A stretch of 64,000 nt of DNA from a virus, in the IMG/VR virus record IMGVR_UViG_3300025645_000061, positions 4,429-68,428 of that record; one strand, given 5' to 3'. The notes below the pieces were generated by a model. That model searched no databases, was not told the origin of the DNA, and worked only from the letters and a program-made list of their open reading frames with translations. Shown here in pieces: positions 20,492 through 30,999 of the stretch (position 1 is the stretch's first letter; each line of letters begins with the position of its first letter). Both the position numbers and the translations under genes were made by a program.

Positions 20492-21395
20492 CAGAAGGTA
20501 CAGTCTGCTTATTGGTGAGACTAAAGCACAAGGGGTCTTAGTTACTACTGAACCCTTAGAAAGTGATACAGCCTCTGTCAACAATAATGTACTTAATATT
20601 GAATTTTCTATCACTAAATCTTATAAAGCTGATGCTAAAAACACAGCTAGGATTACAATTTATAACCTATCAAATGAAAGTATAGATAAGATTGTAAAAG
20701 ATAATAAAGTTATACTAAAAGCTGGGTATGAGTTCGACGGGATTAGACCTATATTTTTAGGTCAAGTTGAAAACGTTTCCTCAGAAGTTCATGGAGAAGT
20801 TGTAAAGACAATAATCAATTGTATAGACGGCTATACTACGATTAGAGAAGGCTTTACAGCAGAAACGTTCAGCCCCACGACTACAGTAGAAACTATACTA
20901 AGAACCATAATTACTCAAGACCTTGGGTTTGCTAATCCAAGAATGAATAACGGTAAGTTAGGCCCAAACACAGGATTAGCTAAGATTTATCAAGGTGGTT
21001 CTGCTAAGGTAGGGGATAGTGCTGAGATAGTATCAAGAATTTGTTCAGATAACTTCCTTACATGGAATATACGAGATGGGGAAGTGTTTGTATACCCTGT
21101 AGATGGTTCAACAGGGATAGAGGTTCCATTAATTAGTGCAGATTCTGGTATGTTAGGAACCCCCCGTAGAGCACAGGACAATTCTAACAAAGCTAAAGAC
21201 TCAAAAGAATTAAAAGATATTGTTAAGGTAAAAGTTTTACTCCAAGGAGTTTATAATGTCGGGGATTTAGTTAAAGTTGAATCTCTGTTTACTAATGGAT
21301 TATACAGGATCAGCAAACTAACACACAAAGGGTCTTATGATGGTACTGATTGGGTAACTGATTTGGAACTATCAGAGGGAGTTAAAGTATTATGA
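20475..21395 (+). CDS. Baseplate hub protein
   Basis: ITIYNLS, LKAGY, IFLGQ, GMLGTP and HKGS...W motifs. Confidence 0.8.
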   Translation: MGVLYNRRYSLLIGETKAQGVLVTTEPLESDTASVNNNVLNIEFSITKSYKADAKNTARITIYNLSNESIDKIVKDNKVILKAGYEFDGIRPIFLGQVENVSSEVHGEVVKTIINCIDGYTTIREGFTAETFSPTTTVETILRTIITQDLGFANPRMNNGKLGPNTGLAKIYQGGSAKVGDSAEIVSRICSDNFLTWNIRDGEVFVYPVDGSTGIEVPLISADSGMLGTPRRAQDNSNKAKDSKELKDIVKVKVLLQGVYNVGDLVKVESLFTNGLYRISKLTHKGSYDGTDWVTDLELSEGVKVL

Positions 21396-22129
21396 CAGCA
21401 ACCTTTACAGAAGCAGTAGATAGTCACATAAATTCAGCACTATCTCTCTTAAGTACGGCTATTCCTGCCAAGATTTTAGCATACAACCCTTCTACACAAA
21501 AAGCAGTAGTAAAACCTCTAGTCGAAGTTCTACTAAAAGATAACAGACAGATACCTTATCCAGAACTAGAAGATGTTCCAGTAGTATTTCCTAGTACAAG
21601 TAACTCTATGTTATCTTTTCCTATTAATATTAATGATACCGTGTTACTTATTTTCAGCCAAAGGTCTATTGATACTTGGTTAGTTTCTAATAGTACGGAA
21701 ACAGTAAACCCACAAGACTTTAGAAAGCATGATTACTCAGATGCAATCGCCATTCCGGGGTTGTATAGTTTTCCAAGAGCACCTAACGATCCCCTGAAAA
21801 GAACCTTAGTCCACGATACAGATGACCTTGCTATTACACATAACATAGGAGGCTCTACTGAGAACGAGATAAGACTTAAAGCAGACGGTTCAATTAGAAT
21901 GAGTGCAGGAGCTAACACTAAACTTACTTTAAACTTAGATGGGTCTGTTGTATTAGACGCTCCAACATCACTAACTGTTACAGCACCCGTAACAACTTGG
22001 ATAGGAGATATCAATCAACAGGGAACATTCACAAGCGATACTGATGTAGTTGCAAACGGTACTAGCTTAGATACGCACACTCATGGTGGAGTAACAACTG
22101 GTGGTGGTAGCACAGGAGCACCAAATTAA
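21392..22129 (+). CDS. Baseplate central spike (Gp138-N / gpV type)
   Basis: DVPVVFP and RKHDYSDAIAIPG motifs; C-terminal HTHGG iron-binding apex. Confidence 0.88.
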   Translation: MTATFTEAVDSHINSALSLLSTAIPAKILAYNPSTQKAVVKPLVEVLLKDNRQIPYPELEDVPVVFPSTSNSMLSFPININDTVLLIFSQRSIDTWLVSNSTETVNPQDFRKHDYSDAIAIPGLYSFPRAPNDPLKRTLVHDTDDLAITHNIGGSTENEIRLKADGSIRMSAGANTKLTLNLDGSVVLDAPTSLTVTAPVTTWIGDINQQGTFTSDTDVVANGTSLDTHTHGGVTTGGGSTGAPN

Positions 22130-22495
22130 ATGTCAGATTACGGTGATATAAAATTACATTCTGTATCTCATGATATCTTTGTGGAAGGCAATGAACTAGC
22201 TATTATCTTAGACACCACAAACGCTATTGTACAAAGGCTGACAATAAAACTTCAGTTTTTTAAAGGTGAGTGGTTTTTAAATAAATTATTCGGTATTCCA
22301 TATAATCAATCAGTGTTTGTTAAGGGTGCTACTAAAGCTCAAGTAGATTCTATCTTTAGATCACAAATAATAAACACTGAAGGGGTTGAAGAGATAATTA
22401 GTTTTAACTCAACATTTGATGCAGCTACTAGAAATTATTCAGTTGGTTTTTCTTGTAGAGCTGTCACAGGTGATACATTAGTTTTGGAGATATAA
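22130..22495 (+). CDS. Sheath initiator / gp25-like baseplate protein
   Basis: LQFFKGEWFLN..FGIPY motif. Confidence 0.78.
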   Translation: MSDYGDIKLHSVSHDIFVEGNELAIILDTTNAIVQRLTIKLQFFKGEWFLNKLFGIPYNQSVFVKGATKAQVDSIFRSQIINTEGVEEIISFNSTFDAATRNYSVGFSCRAVTGDTLVLEI

Positions 22496-23911
22496 GTGGC
22501 AGGATTAACAGGTACAGGTCTTAGCATTAAAAGGCTTCAAGACATTAGAGATGAAATAACCACCAGACTTACAGGTTTCTTTGGGGAAGGAATTAATACC
22601 ACAGAAGATTCTGTATTTGGACAAGTTAGAGATTCTGTAGCACCCGGAGAGTCCTCAGTTTGGGAGCAGCTTCAAATAGTATATGATTCTCAGTTTCCTT
22701 CAAGAGCAGAAGGACAACAACTAGATGATAACTGTGCAATTGTAGGTGTATTCAGAGGTTCAAATACTCCCACACTAGTAACTGCGTCAATAACAGGTGC
22801 TAATAATTCAACGATCCCTATAGGGTACACCGTTGCTATAAATACTACTCAAGAAGAATTTGTAGTTTTAGGTCAGAACGAAATGAATAATGGTGCAGTT
22901 ACTGCTGCATTAATAAGCGTAGACACTATTACAAACTCAACAACTTACACAGTAACTATTGACAGTATTGCAGCTACTTATAATTCTGATGCAAGTGCAA
23001 CTGAAGCTGAGATTGTTGCTGGATTAATTGCAGCAATACCAATTGCAATTCCTTCTGTTACTGCGGTTTCTACTATCAACTCAAACGAAATTCAAATAGC
23101 CTCAATAGATGAAACATCATCTAAAGAAATACTAATTGATACCAATATTTCTTTTGTACATGTAACTTCCAGAGTCCCTATGAAGTCTAAAAACTTTGGG
23201 CCTATACTTGCTCCTGCAAACCAGTTGATTGATATAAAAACTTTTATATCAGGAGTAACGAGTGCTACTAATGTTGAAGCTGGAGTGTTAGGTACTATTG
23301 AAGAGACTGACACTATATTAAGAGAGAGAAGGGATTCTGAACTTTCTAAAACAGCGTCTACAGGGGTTAACGCTATAGCAGCTAGAATCAATTTAGTGGA
23401 TGATGTAAGGTCAACTGTTGTATTAGAGAACTATACAGATTCAGTTGATGGTAACGGATTAACCCCACATAGTATACAGGCTATCGTAGATGGTGGACTT
23501 GATGCAGATATTGCAGCGGCTATCTTTGATTCTAAACCTGTCGGAACAGACATGAATGGTGCTGAATCTGTAGCTGTAGTTGACTCAATGGGTATCTCGA
23601 GAAATGTACTCTTTGATAGACCAACTTTAGTTCCTATCTACATTGAGGTAACATTAACTAAGTTTGGTACTTATCCTAGTAATGGTGATACTCAAATTAA
23701 AGAGAGCCTTGTTCAATTTGGATTAGATAATTTATTTGCGGGGGATGATGTAATTACTTCTAGACTGTATACACCAGTCAACTCAATACAAGGGCATCAG
23801 GTAGATAGCTTGTTTATTAGCACTAGTGTTAGTCCAACAGTTTCTACTCCGATTACTATAACATTGACTCAGTTGGCTCAAATTAGTCTAGTTAATATTA
23901 CGATTGTATAA
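22496..23911 (+). CDS. Baseplate wedge J-like protein
   Basis: AEGQQLD, EETDTILRER and PHSIQAIVDGG motifs. Confidence 0.88.
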   Translation: MAGLTGTGLSIKRLQDIRDEITTRLTGFFGEGINTTEDSVFGQVRDSVAPGESSVWEQLQIVYDSQFPSRAEGQQLDDNCAIVGVFRGSNTPTLVTASITGANNSTIPIGYTVAINTTQEEFVVLGQNEMNNGAVTAALISVDTITNSTTYTVTIDSIAATYNSDASATEAEIVAGLIAAIPIAIPSVTAVSTINSNEIQIASIDETSSKEILIDTNISFVHVTSRVPMKSKNFGPILAPANQLIDIKTFISGVTSATNVEAGVLGTIEETDTILRERRDSELSKTASTGVNAIAARINLVDDVRSTVVLENYTDSVDGNGLTPHSIQAIVDGGLDADIAAAIFDSKPVGTDMNGAESVAVVDSMGISRNVLFDRPTLVPIYIEVTLTKFGTYPSNGDTQIKESLVQFGLDNLFAGDDVITSRLYTPVNSIQGHQVDSLFISTSVSPTVSTPITITLTQLAQISLVNITIV

Positions 23912-24621
23912 TGACTATTTTAGATCATAAAGTAATTTATAGAGGAAGGTTATTAGAGCAGTACAAAAGCTCTATTAACCTTATAGGTTTAATTGATGCT
24001 TTAATAGAAGGACAAGGAGATTTAGAGTTTGTTCTTGACCAACTCTTAAACGAGAGAAGTATCAACACAGCTATTGGAGCACAACTTGATATAATTGGGG
24101 AAATTGTAGGACAGTCTAGAACTATTCTAGATGTAACTGGTTTAGAATTCTTTGGTTATGATGGAGCTGCTGGTGACATTGATGGTTATGGGACTTTAGA
24201 AGACCCAACTATTGGTGCTAGATACCGCAGTGGTACAGAAGAAACTGGAACTTTTAGAGAGCTTGGTGATGCTGAATACAGGCTCTTTATAAAAAGTAAA
24301 GTATATAAAAACGTAGGCTCCCTTACTACGGAGAATTTAATTGAAGCTTTAACCTTTGTATTTGGTGAAAGCTCATTTGTAGGTATTACCGAGAATGGGA
24401 ACCACAATGTAAGCCTTACCTTGGTTGCAGATGTTCCGGTTTCTACAGCACAACTCTTAGTCACTAATGATGCACTGCCTAGACCAGCAGGGGTGTCTTA
24501 CTTAGTTTCATTCTTATCTGGTGATGGATTAGTGTTTGCATTCGAAACCTTCCCATTAGGTTCAACTTACGGCACTGTAACTAACCCCACAATTGGTGGC
24601 ACATTTACTGAGTTAGTTTAA
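23911..24621 (+). CDS. Baseplate wedge protein (DUF2612-like)
   Basis: TAIGAQLDIIGEIVG and LPRPAGV motifs. Confidence 0.85.
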   Translation: MTILDHKVIYRGRLLEQYKSSINLIGLIDALIEGQGDLEFVLDQLLNERSINTAIGAQLDIIGEIVGQSRTILDVTGLEFFGYDGAAGDIDGYGTLEDPTIGARYRSGTEETGTFRELGDAEYRLFIKSKVYKNVGSLTTENLIEALTFVFGESSFVGITENGNHNVSLTLVADVPVSTAQLLVTNDALPRPAGVSYLVSFLSGDGLVFAFETFPLGSTYGTVTNPTIGGTFTELV

Positions 24622-24635
24622 AATTAGGAATAAAT

Positions 24636-25898
24636 ATGACTAGAACAACAACTGTTGACAATATATGGGCCTCTGGTGGCTCAGTAGTTGACCCCGGTAC
24701 TGCTAAAGTTAATTCAGGGTGGGCAGCAGAAATACCCGCTCTTGAAACACAGAACTTTTGGCAAAACAGAGTGGATAAGCTTCTACAAGATATAGAAATA
24801 CATGGTATTATGCAGTATAGTTCTGTTACAGTGTACGGAATTGGTTCTTGGGTAACTGCTTCTGACAATGAAATTTATAAATCTATTACCTCAAGTAATT
24901 CTGGTAATGATCCAGTATCTTCTCCTGTCAATTGGACACCATTTTCTACTATTGTTGCTGTACAAAACGCTACGGAGTCCGTTAAAGGGATTGTAGAGTT
25001 ATCAAGTTTAGCAGAAACCCAAGTAGGCACAGACGCTACTAGAGCTGTTTCTCCTAAGAACCTTAAAGATGCTCTCCCACAACTTATACCGGATGCTAGT
25101 ACAGCTACAAAAGGTAAAGTTGAATTAGCAAGTAATGCAGAAACCCAAACAGGTGCAGATGCAGTAAGAGCTGTAACTCCTGCTGGTTTGTTTAGTGTAA
25201 CTGCTACAGAAACCAGAGCGGGTCTTGTAGAAAGAGCTACAGATGCTGAAGCACTAGCTGGATCAGATACAATCAGGTATATAAGTCCTAAGCAGTTTGT
25301 AGATAATGTAGATACTCTTGTACCTTCTGCATCTACAACCCTTAAAGGAAAAGTTGAATTAGCTACAGCTACAGAAGTCAGAGTAGGTACAGACGCTACT
25401 AGAGCAGTTACCCCTGCTACAATGGGTTCATTCATGACAGGTTGGATTTTCCCCTTCCCAGCTACAGTAGCCCCTACTGGGTTCGTTGAGGCTAAAGGTC
25501 AATTGCTGTCAAGAACAACTTATGCAGAATTGTGGACATGGGTACAAGTTAATATGAGAGTTGTTACAGAGGCTCAATGGGCTGGAGTTGATTCTGGTAC
25601 ATACTCTAGCGGAGACTTATCAACTACATTTAGACTGCCTGAGTTAAGAGGTGAATTTATCCGTGGTTGGGATAATAGCCGTGGTGTGGATTCTGGTCGT
25701 GTTGTTGGTACTACACAGACCGATGAATTCCAATCTCACAATCACAGTGTAACAGCTAGTAAGTGGATTGGGGGATATACCGATGATGGTGGAGCACCAG
25801 ATCAACGTACTACACAACAAACTTTCAACACTGCATCAACAGGTAGTACCGAAACAAGACCTCGTAACGTTGCAATGATGTTCTGCATTAAAGTATAA
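24636..25898 (+). CDS. Tail fibre with four T4 gp34/gp12-type repeats and a collar domain
   Basis: 4x A(T/S)xxxxGxVExxxxxExxxGxDxxRxxxP; collar LLSRTTYAELW and FRLPELRGEFIRGWD; ETRPRNVA tip. Confidence 0.9.
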   Translation: MTRTTTVDNIWASGGSVVDPGTAKVNSGWAAEIPALETQNFWQNRVDKLLQDIEIHGIMQYSSVTVYGIGSWVTASDNEIYKSITSSNSGNDPVSSPVNWTPFSTIVAVQNATESVKGIVELSSLAETQVGTDATRAVSPKNLKDALPQLIPDASTATKGKVELASNAETQTGADAVRAVTPAGLFSVTATETRAGLVERATDAEALAGSDTIRYISPKQFVDNVDTLVPSASTTLKGKVELATATEVRVGTDATRAVTPATMGSFMTGWIFPFPATVAPTGFVEAKGQLLSRTTYAELWTWVQVNMRVVTEAQWAGVDSGTYSSGDLSTTFRLPELRGEFIRGWDNSRGVDSGRVVGTTQTDEFQSHNHSVTASKWIGGYTDDGGAPDQRTTQQTFNTASTGSTETRPRNVAMMFCIKV

Positions 25899-25911
25899 GG
25901 AAGAGAAGTGA

Positions 25912-27555
25912 ATGACTAGACAAGTTTATAACGATACATGGGCTTCTGGCGGGGCTATAGTCGATCCCGGTGCTATTAAATATACTGTTGGTTGGATTGT
26001 AGAGGCTCCACCCCTTGAACATGCTAACTACTGGCAGGGTAGAACAGATGAAATGCTGCAACACCTTGAACGTAATGGTATAGCAACTTTTGATGCAACA
26101 TCAGTTTATGAGTTAGGGGGTTATGCAAGAGAAGGTACAGTCACTTACAGGTCTTTGGTTGTAACTAACACAGGTAATTTACCTTCTACAAGTCCTGCAC
26201 AGTGGGTTCAAGCTTTCCTTATTCCCGGTAATAACTTAAGTGATTTAGCTGATGCACCTACAGCAAGAACAAACTTAGGTGTTGATGTAGCAGGGACAAT
26301 TAACTATGTCCACCCCAACCATTCTGGAGATGTAACCTCTGTAGCTGATGGTGCTACCACTATTTCCTCTAATGTAGTAACTAATACTAAGCTTGCTGAT
26401 ATGGCAACAAACACCATTAAAGGTCGTATTGGGGCTGGTACAAATGATCCACAAGACCTTACTGGTGCTAATGTAAGAACTATTATCAATGTTGAGGATG
26501 GTTCTACTGCTGACCAAACAGGGGCAGAGATTAAGGTTGCATATGAAGGTGAAGCAAACACTAATGCGTTTACCGATGCAGAACAAACAAAGTTAACTGG
26601 AATAGAAACAGGTGCTACCGCTGACCAGACTAAGGTAGATATTGATGCCTTGGAAATTGATGCAGGGACTTTGGATGACTTAGACAGCATTCAGTTCTTA
26701 CGGTCTGATGTTGATGATACGATGACTGGTGAGTTAATATTTGAGAGAGGTAGTGATTCTTTTCTTCTCTCAAAAGATTGCACTACCACTACCCACCAAA
26801 TTAAAGAGTTATATACAGAAACAGGAACAAAGTACAATGTGCGACCTTATCCTCTTGGTGTTGCAGCTTCCACAAAAGACTTCGGCTACGATTTCACTAA
26901 CACTCGATGGTTCTTTGATGAATCCCCGTATGTAGGTGCTAACGCTGTACTAGATGCTGGTGATCTTGGTGTAACTGTACAAGGTTATGATGCTCAAACA
27001 TCTAAGACGGATGTAGCTGAAGCACGAACTGCTGACATAGTTCTCAATGACACTTTTGCTATAGAGTTCGGCACATTAGGCGCAGAGAGTAGGCTTTACT
27101 CAAACGGTACTAACACTTATTGGAACATGATAGGTGCTGCTAACGATCTGTACATTCAAAGTGTAACAGTAAATAAGTTCTTATTCGATGGTTCTCTAGG
27201 TGACTTCCATGCTGACGGTGATGTAATCGCTTCATCTACTTCAGTTGGTTCTGATAGAAAGATTAAGAAAGATATACGTCCTATTGAAGATGCCTCTAGT
27301 AAGTTAGATAGTTTAGTAGGTGTTCAGTACAACCTTAAAAAGTCTGGTAAAGCAGACGCAGGACTTATTGCTCAAGATGTACAGAGTGTTCTACCTGAAG
27401 CAGTTAAAGAAGTTGCTTTCTTAGATGGTGAAGAAGGTGAAACTTACCTTTCACTTAACTACAACGCTGTCATAGGTTTGTTAGTAGCTGGTTTCCAAGA
27501 AGAAAAAGCTAAACGGATAAATCTTGAAGAACGTTTGAGTAAACTGGAGGAATAA
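25912..27555 (+). CDS. Long tail fibre with C-terminal intramolecular chaperone (peptidase S74)
   Basis: N-terminus paralogous to ORF 24636 (WASGG..VDPG); SDRKIKKDI cleavage site and GLIAQDVQSVLPEAV. Confidence 0.9.
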   Translation: MTRQVYNDTWASGGAIVDPGAIKYTVGWIVEAPPLEHANYWQGRTDEMLQHLERNGIATFDATSVYELGGYAREGTVTYRSLVVTNTGNLPSTSPAQWVQAFLIPGNNLSDLADAPTARTNLGVDVAGTINYVHPNHSGDVTSVADGATTISSNVVTNTKLADMATNTIKGRIGAGTNDPQDLTGANVRTIINVEDGSTADQTGAEIKVAYEGEANTNAFTDAEQTKLTGIETGATADQTKVDIDALEIDAGTLDDLDSIQFLRSDVDDTMTGELIFERGSDSFLLSKDCTTTTHQIKELYTETGTKYNVRPYPLGVAASTKDFGYDFTNTRWFFDESPYVGANAVLDAGDLGVTVQGYDAQTSKTDVAEARTADIVLNDTFAIEFGTLGAESRLYSNGTNTYWNMIGAANDLYIQSVTVNKFLFDGSLGDFHADGDVIASSTSVGSDRKIKKDIRPIEDASSKLDSLVGVQYNLKKSGKADAGLIAQDVQSVLPEAVKEVAFLDGEEGETYLSLNYNAVIGLLVAGFQEEKAKRINLEERLSKLEE

Positions 27556-27556
27556 T

Positions 27557-28147
27557 ATGTCAATTGTTGCATCAGGACAAGTGTCAATACAAGATTTAGT
27601 AACTGAGTTTGGGGGTACTGCCCCTCATAATTTAAGTGAGTATTACCGTGGGGGAGCTTATGTAGATGATATCACTAATAATAATAGTGTGCCTCTGTCT
27701 GGAGAAATACAACTAAAGGACTTCTATGGGGCTGGTAATGTAATTACCTACACTGTAACAGAGGCATATGAACTCCAAGCGGGTATTATGTCTGCTACGG
27801 GGTATTGGACTGCTAATAAGGTGGTAAACGTTTATAATAGAGCAGAGTTTTCTACATCATTTACTACTACCAAAGGTTCAAGAACACCAACTACATTATT
27901 CGGAGTAACAGTGCAAGGGCTTTACTATACTTATAATGTAAAAGCCCCCAACGATTTCTTTCAAGTGATTCTTCAAGGGACTAGAGCTAAAACTTTCTTT
28001 GAGTCTGCTACTCCTCAAGGGGCTGCAACTCTCCTCACTTCAGCTTGCGATCACGCCTACTTTGAGAGTTCCACTATTTACAGTTGGCTTCAAACCAAAC
28101 CGGGAGCTTGGGATGGTTCTGGGACAAGAACAGTCACAATACTCTAA
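27557..28147 (+). CDS. Putative fibre-tip adhesin
   Basis: SGQVSIQDLVTEFGG...LSEYYRGG...SGEIQLKDFYG N-domain typical of proteins following S74 fibres. Confidence 0.65.
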   Translation: MSIVASGQVSIQDLVTEFGGTAPHNLSEYYRGGAYVDDITNNNSVPLSGEIQLKDFYGAGNVITYTVTEAYELQAGIMSATGYWTANKVVNVYNRAEFSTSFTTTKGSRTPTTLFGVTVQGLYYTYNVKAPNDFFQVILQGTRAKTFFESATPQGAATLLTSACDHAYFESSTIYSWLQTKPGAWDGSGTRTVTIL

Positions 28148-28163
28148 CTAATAAGGTAAAATT

Positions 28164-28520
28164 ATGCACATAAATTACACGTTTAAGGTTAACGCATTCT
28201 CTGTAGAGAAGGGAGTTATTAGTGTTACATACCTTCCAGTTGATCTTTCGCTGGAATTGAAACCGAAACACCACACGCAATTAGGTATAGATAAGCAGAT
28301 TATGATAGACTACTCTACAGGAGTTATTACTTCAGATGAGTTTAAGAGTCTTGTCCGTAAAGCTATTGTAGATGCTGATGGGCAACCTCAACACGAGTGG
28401 AACGAAACTCTCGCTGCTAGAACATTAACTGTTCCCCCTGAAGTAGAGGGAATGTTGGGTTTTGAGTGGCCTACGGTTACTGAAGCTGAGTCAAGTAATA
28501 TATCCCCGGAGGTGATGTAA
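28164..28520 (+). CDS. Hypothetical protein (tail module)
   Basis: ORF with AAGGT RBS. Confidence 0.6.
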   Translation: MHINYTFKVNAFSVEKGVISVTYLPVDLSLELKPKHHTQLGIDKQIMIDYSTGVITSDEFKSLVRKAIVDADGQPQHEWNETLAARTLTVPPEVEGMLGFEWPTVTEAESSNISPEVM

Positions 28521-28521
28521 C

Positions 28522-29058
28522 ATGGCTGATTGGAGATTCTTATCGAACTATAGCCTTCATAGTAATAATCAAGATTTGATGATTTCACATTGTAAACCTA
28601 AGTTTGGAGATGCCTTTAGCCCAGTAGTAAGCCCTTTAACAATACCAACTCAGGTGGTTTCTGTTAACTGGTGTGTAAGTGGTACAGTTAAGTGGTACTC
28701 AGCCGATATGACTTTTATAGCAGAGTATGGGGCTGGAGTGAAGATGACAGTACCAGACCCTTCTCATGTAGCTATGGGTCAGGTGGTTCTAGTAGCTTCA
28801 TCTGATGATGTAGAATACTACTGCTTGCGAGGGTTAAAACAATTCTACACTGGAGACATAATAAATCTAAAACCAAACCAAGAAGTAGAGATACCTCTCA
28901 TTCCTTCTAGCGGTCTTTTTGTAAGTGAAGGAAGCATCATAACTTCTAGTAAGGAACACAATAAAGGAGCTTTGTTAAATAATCTCGCTCAAAAAACAAG
29001 CCTAACCTTTAAAGGTGGGGAAGCGGGTGCAATGGTAGCTTCATTTAATAACCTATGA
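28522..29058 (+). CDS. Hypothetical protein, double-cupin-like beta pattern
   Basis: WCVSGTV and FVSEGSI strand motifs; fold is inference. Confidence 0.5.
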   Translation: MADWRFLSNYSLHSNNQDLMISHCKPKFGDAFSPVVSPLTIPTQVVSVNWCVSGTVKWYSADMTFIAEYGAGVKMTVPDPSHVAMGQVVLVASSDDVEYYCLRGLKQFYTGDIINLKPNQEVEIPLIPSSGLFVSEGSIITSSKEHNKGALLNNLAQKTSLTFKGGEAGAMVASFNNL

Positions 29059-29345
29059 AACCTTTAGTCTGGAAGGAGGAATGGATAACTCGCAACTTCG
29101 AAGATGGAAGACCCCCACCTAAAACCCTTAAAAGAGTTATAGATGGTGTCCCTTTTACTTTTGAATGTAGCCGGTGTCATTATATAACTTCTGAAGGTAA
29201 GAAAGCTTATATAGTGACTTGGTGGTGGGGGCCAGATTTGCATACCTTCAAACACGTTGCTATTGGAAGTAAGAAATCTATATATCCTAACATAGAGCGA
29301 GAAGTCAGAGTAGGTAAATACTTAGCTAGAAAGAACAATAGATAG
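29055..29345 (+). CDS. Hypothetical protein
   Basis: ATGA-coupled ORF. Confidence 0.5.
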   Translation: MKPLVWKEEWITRNFEDGRPPPKTLKRVIDGVPFTFECSRCHYITSEGKKAYIVTWWWGPDLHTFKHVAIGSKKSIYPNIEREVRVGKYLARKNNR

Positions 29346-29365
29346 CTTTATATTGAGAGGTAACT

Positions 29366-29950
29366 GTGAAAGAACTTGTAATATTAGTACATGGGTTTAA
29401 TGTGTGGGATGGAGGAATATCAACAGTGGGGAAACTAAGACCTTTCTTTGCTGAAGAAAGATACCCGTATATTATGATTGACTATGGAACTTTTGATATA
29501 GTAAAAACCTATCTCAAAAATAAGAAGGTGGCAAAGGAATTAGCTACTGCTTGTGAAAATGCAAAGCTTAGTGGATATGAAGTTATAGTTGTTGGACATT
29601 CTAATGGGTGTACAATTATAGATATAGCTTCTAAGGAGTTTAACGCACCAATTAAGAAAGCGGTATACATCAACCCTGCACTGAATAAAGATAAAGAGAG
29701 AAGCCCTACTGTCGGTTCTATAGATGTTTGGCACTCTCCTTCAGATAAGCCTGTTAAATGGGCAAAGCTCTTACCTTTCCATCCTTGGGGAGAAATGGGA
29801 GCTACTGGTTATATCGGTGAAGACCCTAAGATTGTTAACTACAACAAAGAAGATATGAAGTTGTCAAGTTCAGAACATAGTGATATGTTTAGCACAGAGC
29901 TTTTACCCTTCTATGGAAGACTAGTTGTTAAAACTGCACAACAACAATAA
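29366..29950 (+). CDS. Alpha/beta hydrolase (lipase/esterase-like)
   Basis: LVHGF oxyanion motif, GHSNG nucleophile elbow, SDKPV and EHSD. Confidence 0.85.
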   Translation: MKELVILVHGFNVWDGGISTVGKLRPFFAEERYPYIMIDYGTFDIVKTYLKNKKVAKELATACENAKLSGYEVIVVGHSNGCTIIDIASKEFNAPIKKAVYINPALNKDKERSPTVGSIDVWHSPSDKPVKWAKLLPFHPWGEMGATGYIGEDPKIVNYNKEDMKLSSSEHSDMFSTELLPFYGRLVVKTAQQQ

Positions 29951-29971
29951 AAAGAAACCAGTACCCCCTTT

Positions 29972-30005
29972 AACCACCTATGGAGAAATCTGTAGGTGGT
30001 TTTTT
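29972..30005 (+). terminator. Intrinsic terminator ending the late operon
   Basis: AACCACCTATGGA-GAAA-TCTGTAGGTGGTT plus T-tract. Confidence 0.85.
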
Positions 30006-30060
30006 GTCCTTGGTTATATACTCAAACGGTTTTTAGTTTAAAAGGTTATAAAAATAAAGC

Positions 30061-30088
30061 TTGCAATTTTGTAAATGTGTGCTATATT
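30061..30088 (+). promoter_or_regulatory. sigma70-type promoter of the replication module
   Basis: TTGCAA-16 nt-TATATT with TG extension. Confidence 0.6.
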
Positions 30089-30115
30089 AAATGAACTTAA
30101 CAAAAGCGAGATTTT

Positions 30116-30292
30116 ATGTATACCTTATTAATGATTTTTGTATTAGGGAATACTACTACAGGAGCCTTGTATGTAGTTGATAAGTGTGCTACATTAGAAG
30201 AAATAAGAATATTTGAGAGTGAAGTTGCAACCTCCTCTGGAGCTGTATACTTAACATGCTATAAATCTCAAACAAAAGGGGATATAACTTAA
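30116..30292 (+). CDS. Small hypothetical protein (58 aa, hydrophobic N-terminus)
   Basis: Read by eye (MYTLLMIFVLG...); stop overlaps the next ATG. Confidence 0.5.
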   Translation: MYTLLMIFVLGNTTTGALYVVDKCATLEEIRIFESEVATSSGAVYLTCYKSQTKGDIT

Positions 30293-30558
30293 TGGATAAA
30301 ATAAAGATTGACTTATCAAGAGAAGAGGCAGTATTAGTATCAGCCTTACTAGGACATATAAATGTTGGCAAAGGTACATACAACACTTATACTCTTGTTA
30401 ATAAACTTGTAGAAGTTTTTGAAATATGTGATGATGAACTTTCAGAAGAATATGATTGTTTTCATTTTGTTCCAAGAGAAATTACAACTAGCCTTGACAT
30501 TAATAACAGACATACTATAGACTTGATGAATATGGAAATCATCTACAGAAAAGGGTAA
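30292..30558 (+). CDS. Hypothetical protein
   Basis: ORF track, AGGGG RBS. Confidence 0.6.
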   Translation: MDKIKIDLSREEAVLVSALLGHINVGKGTYNTYTLVNKLVEVFEICDDELSEEYDCFHFVPREITTSLDINNRHTIDLMNMEIIYRKG

Positions 30559-30561
30559 ATT

Positions 30562-30999
30562 ATGGCAGGACAACAAGGGAGATTCTTTAGACCAAAGCCA
30601 AAAGCTTTGAAGGGTACGCCATATGATTCCATGACAGAAAAAAGATTACATGAAGGAGCATTAAAGACTTGCACTTTCCACTCTGTTAAGATACCATACC
30701 ACATAGAACATCAATATGAGCCTGACTTCATTGTTAAGGTTGGTGATAAGATCATTTATATTGAAGTTAAGGGTTATTTCCAAGATAGAAGTGAGACTCA
30801 GAAGTACAATTGGGTAAAGAAAGCTTTAAAGCCTATGGAAGAACTTGTATTTGTGTTTGAGAAACCAGATAAACCCATGCACTTTCAAGCTAAAAGGAAG
30901 GATGGGACTAAGATGACACACAGAGAATGGTGTGTTAAACAAGGTTTCAGAGTATTTAGTGAAGAAAATGCTGGACAAATTATGGAGGAACCTGTATAA
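30562..30999 (+). CDS. Endonuclease I-like Holliday junction resolvase (T7 gp3 family)
   Basis: YDSMTE, YEPDF and YIEVKGYF motifs. Confidence 0.85.
   Translation: MAGQQGRFFRPKPKALKGTPYDSMTEKRLHEGALKTCTFHSVKIPYHIEHQYEPDFIVKVGDKIIYIEVKGYFQDRSETQKYNWVKKALKPMEELVFVFEKPDKPMHFQAKRKDGTKMTHREWCVKQGFRVFSEENAGQIMEEPV

Noticed and set aside
1726-26690. Many minus-strand ORFs in the structural region, e.g. 12556..13203 and 24875..25435
   Set aside because: They are antisense shadows of codon-biased + strand genes, with no RBS or motifs.
24636-28147. Diversity-generating retroelement or invertible tail-fibre cassette
   Set aside because: No reverse transcriptase, invertase or template/variable repeat pair seen; the repeats are ordinary fibre repeats.
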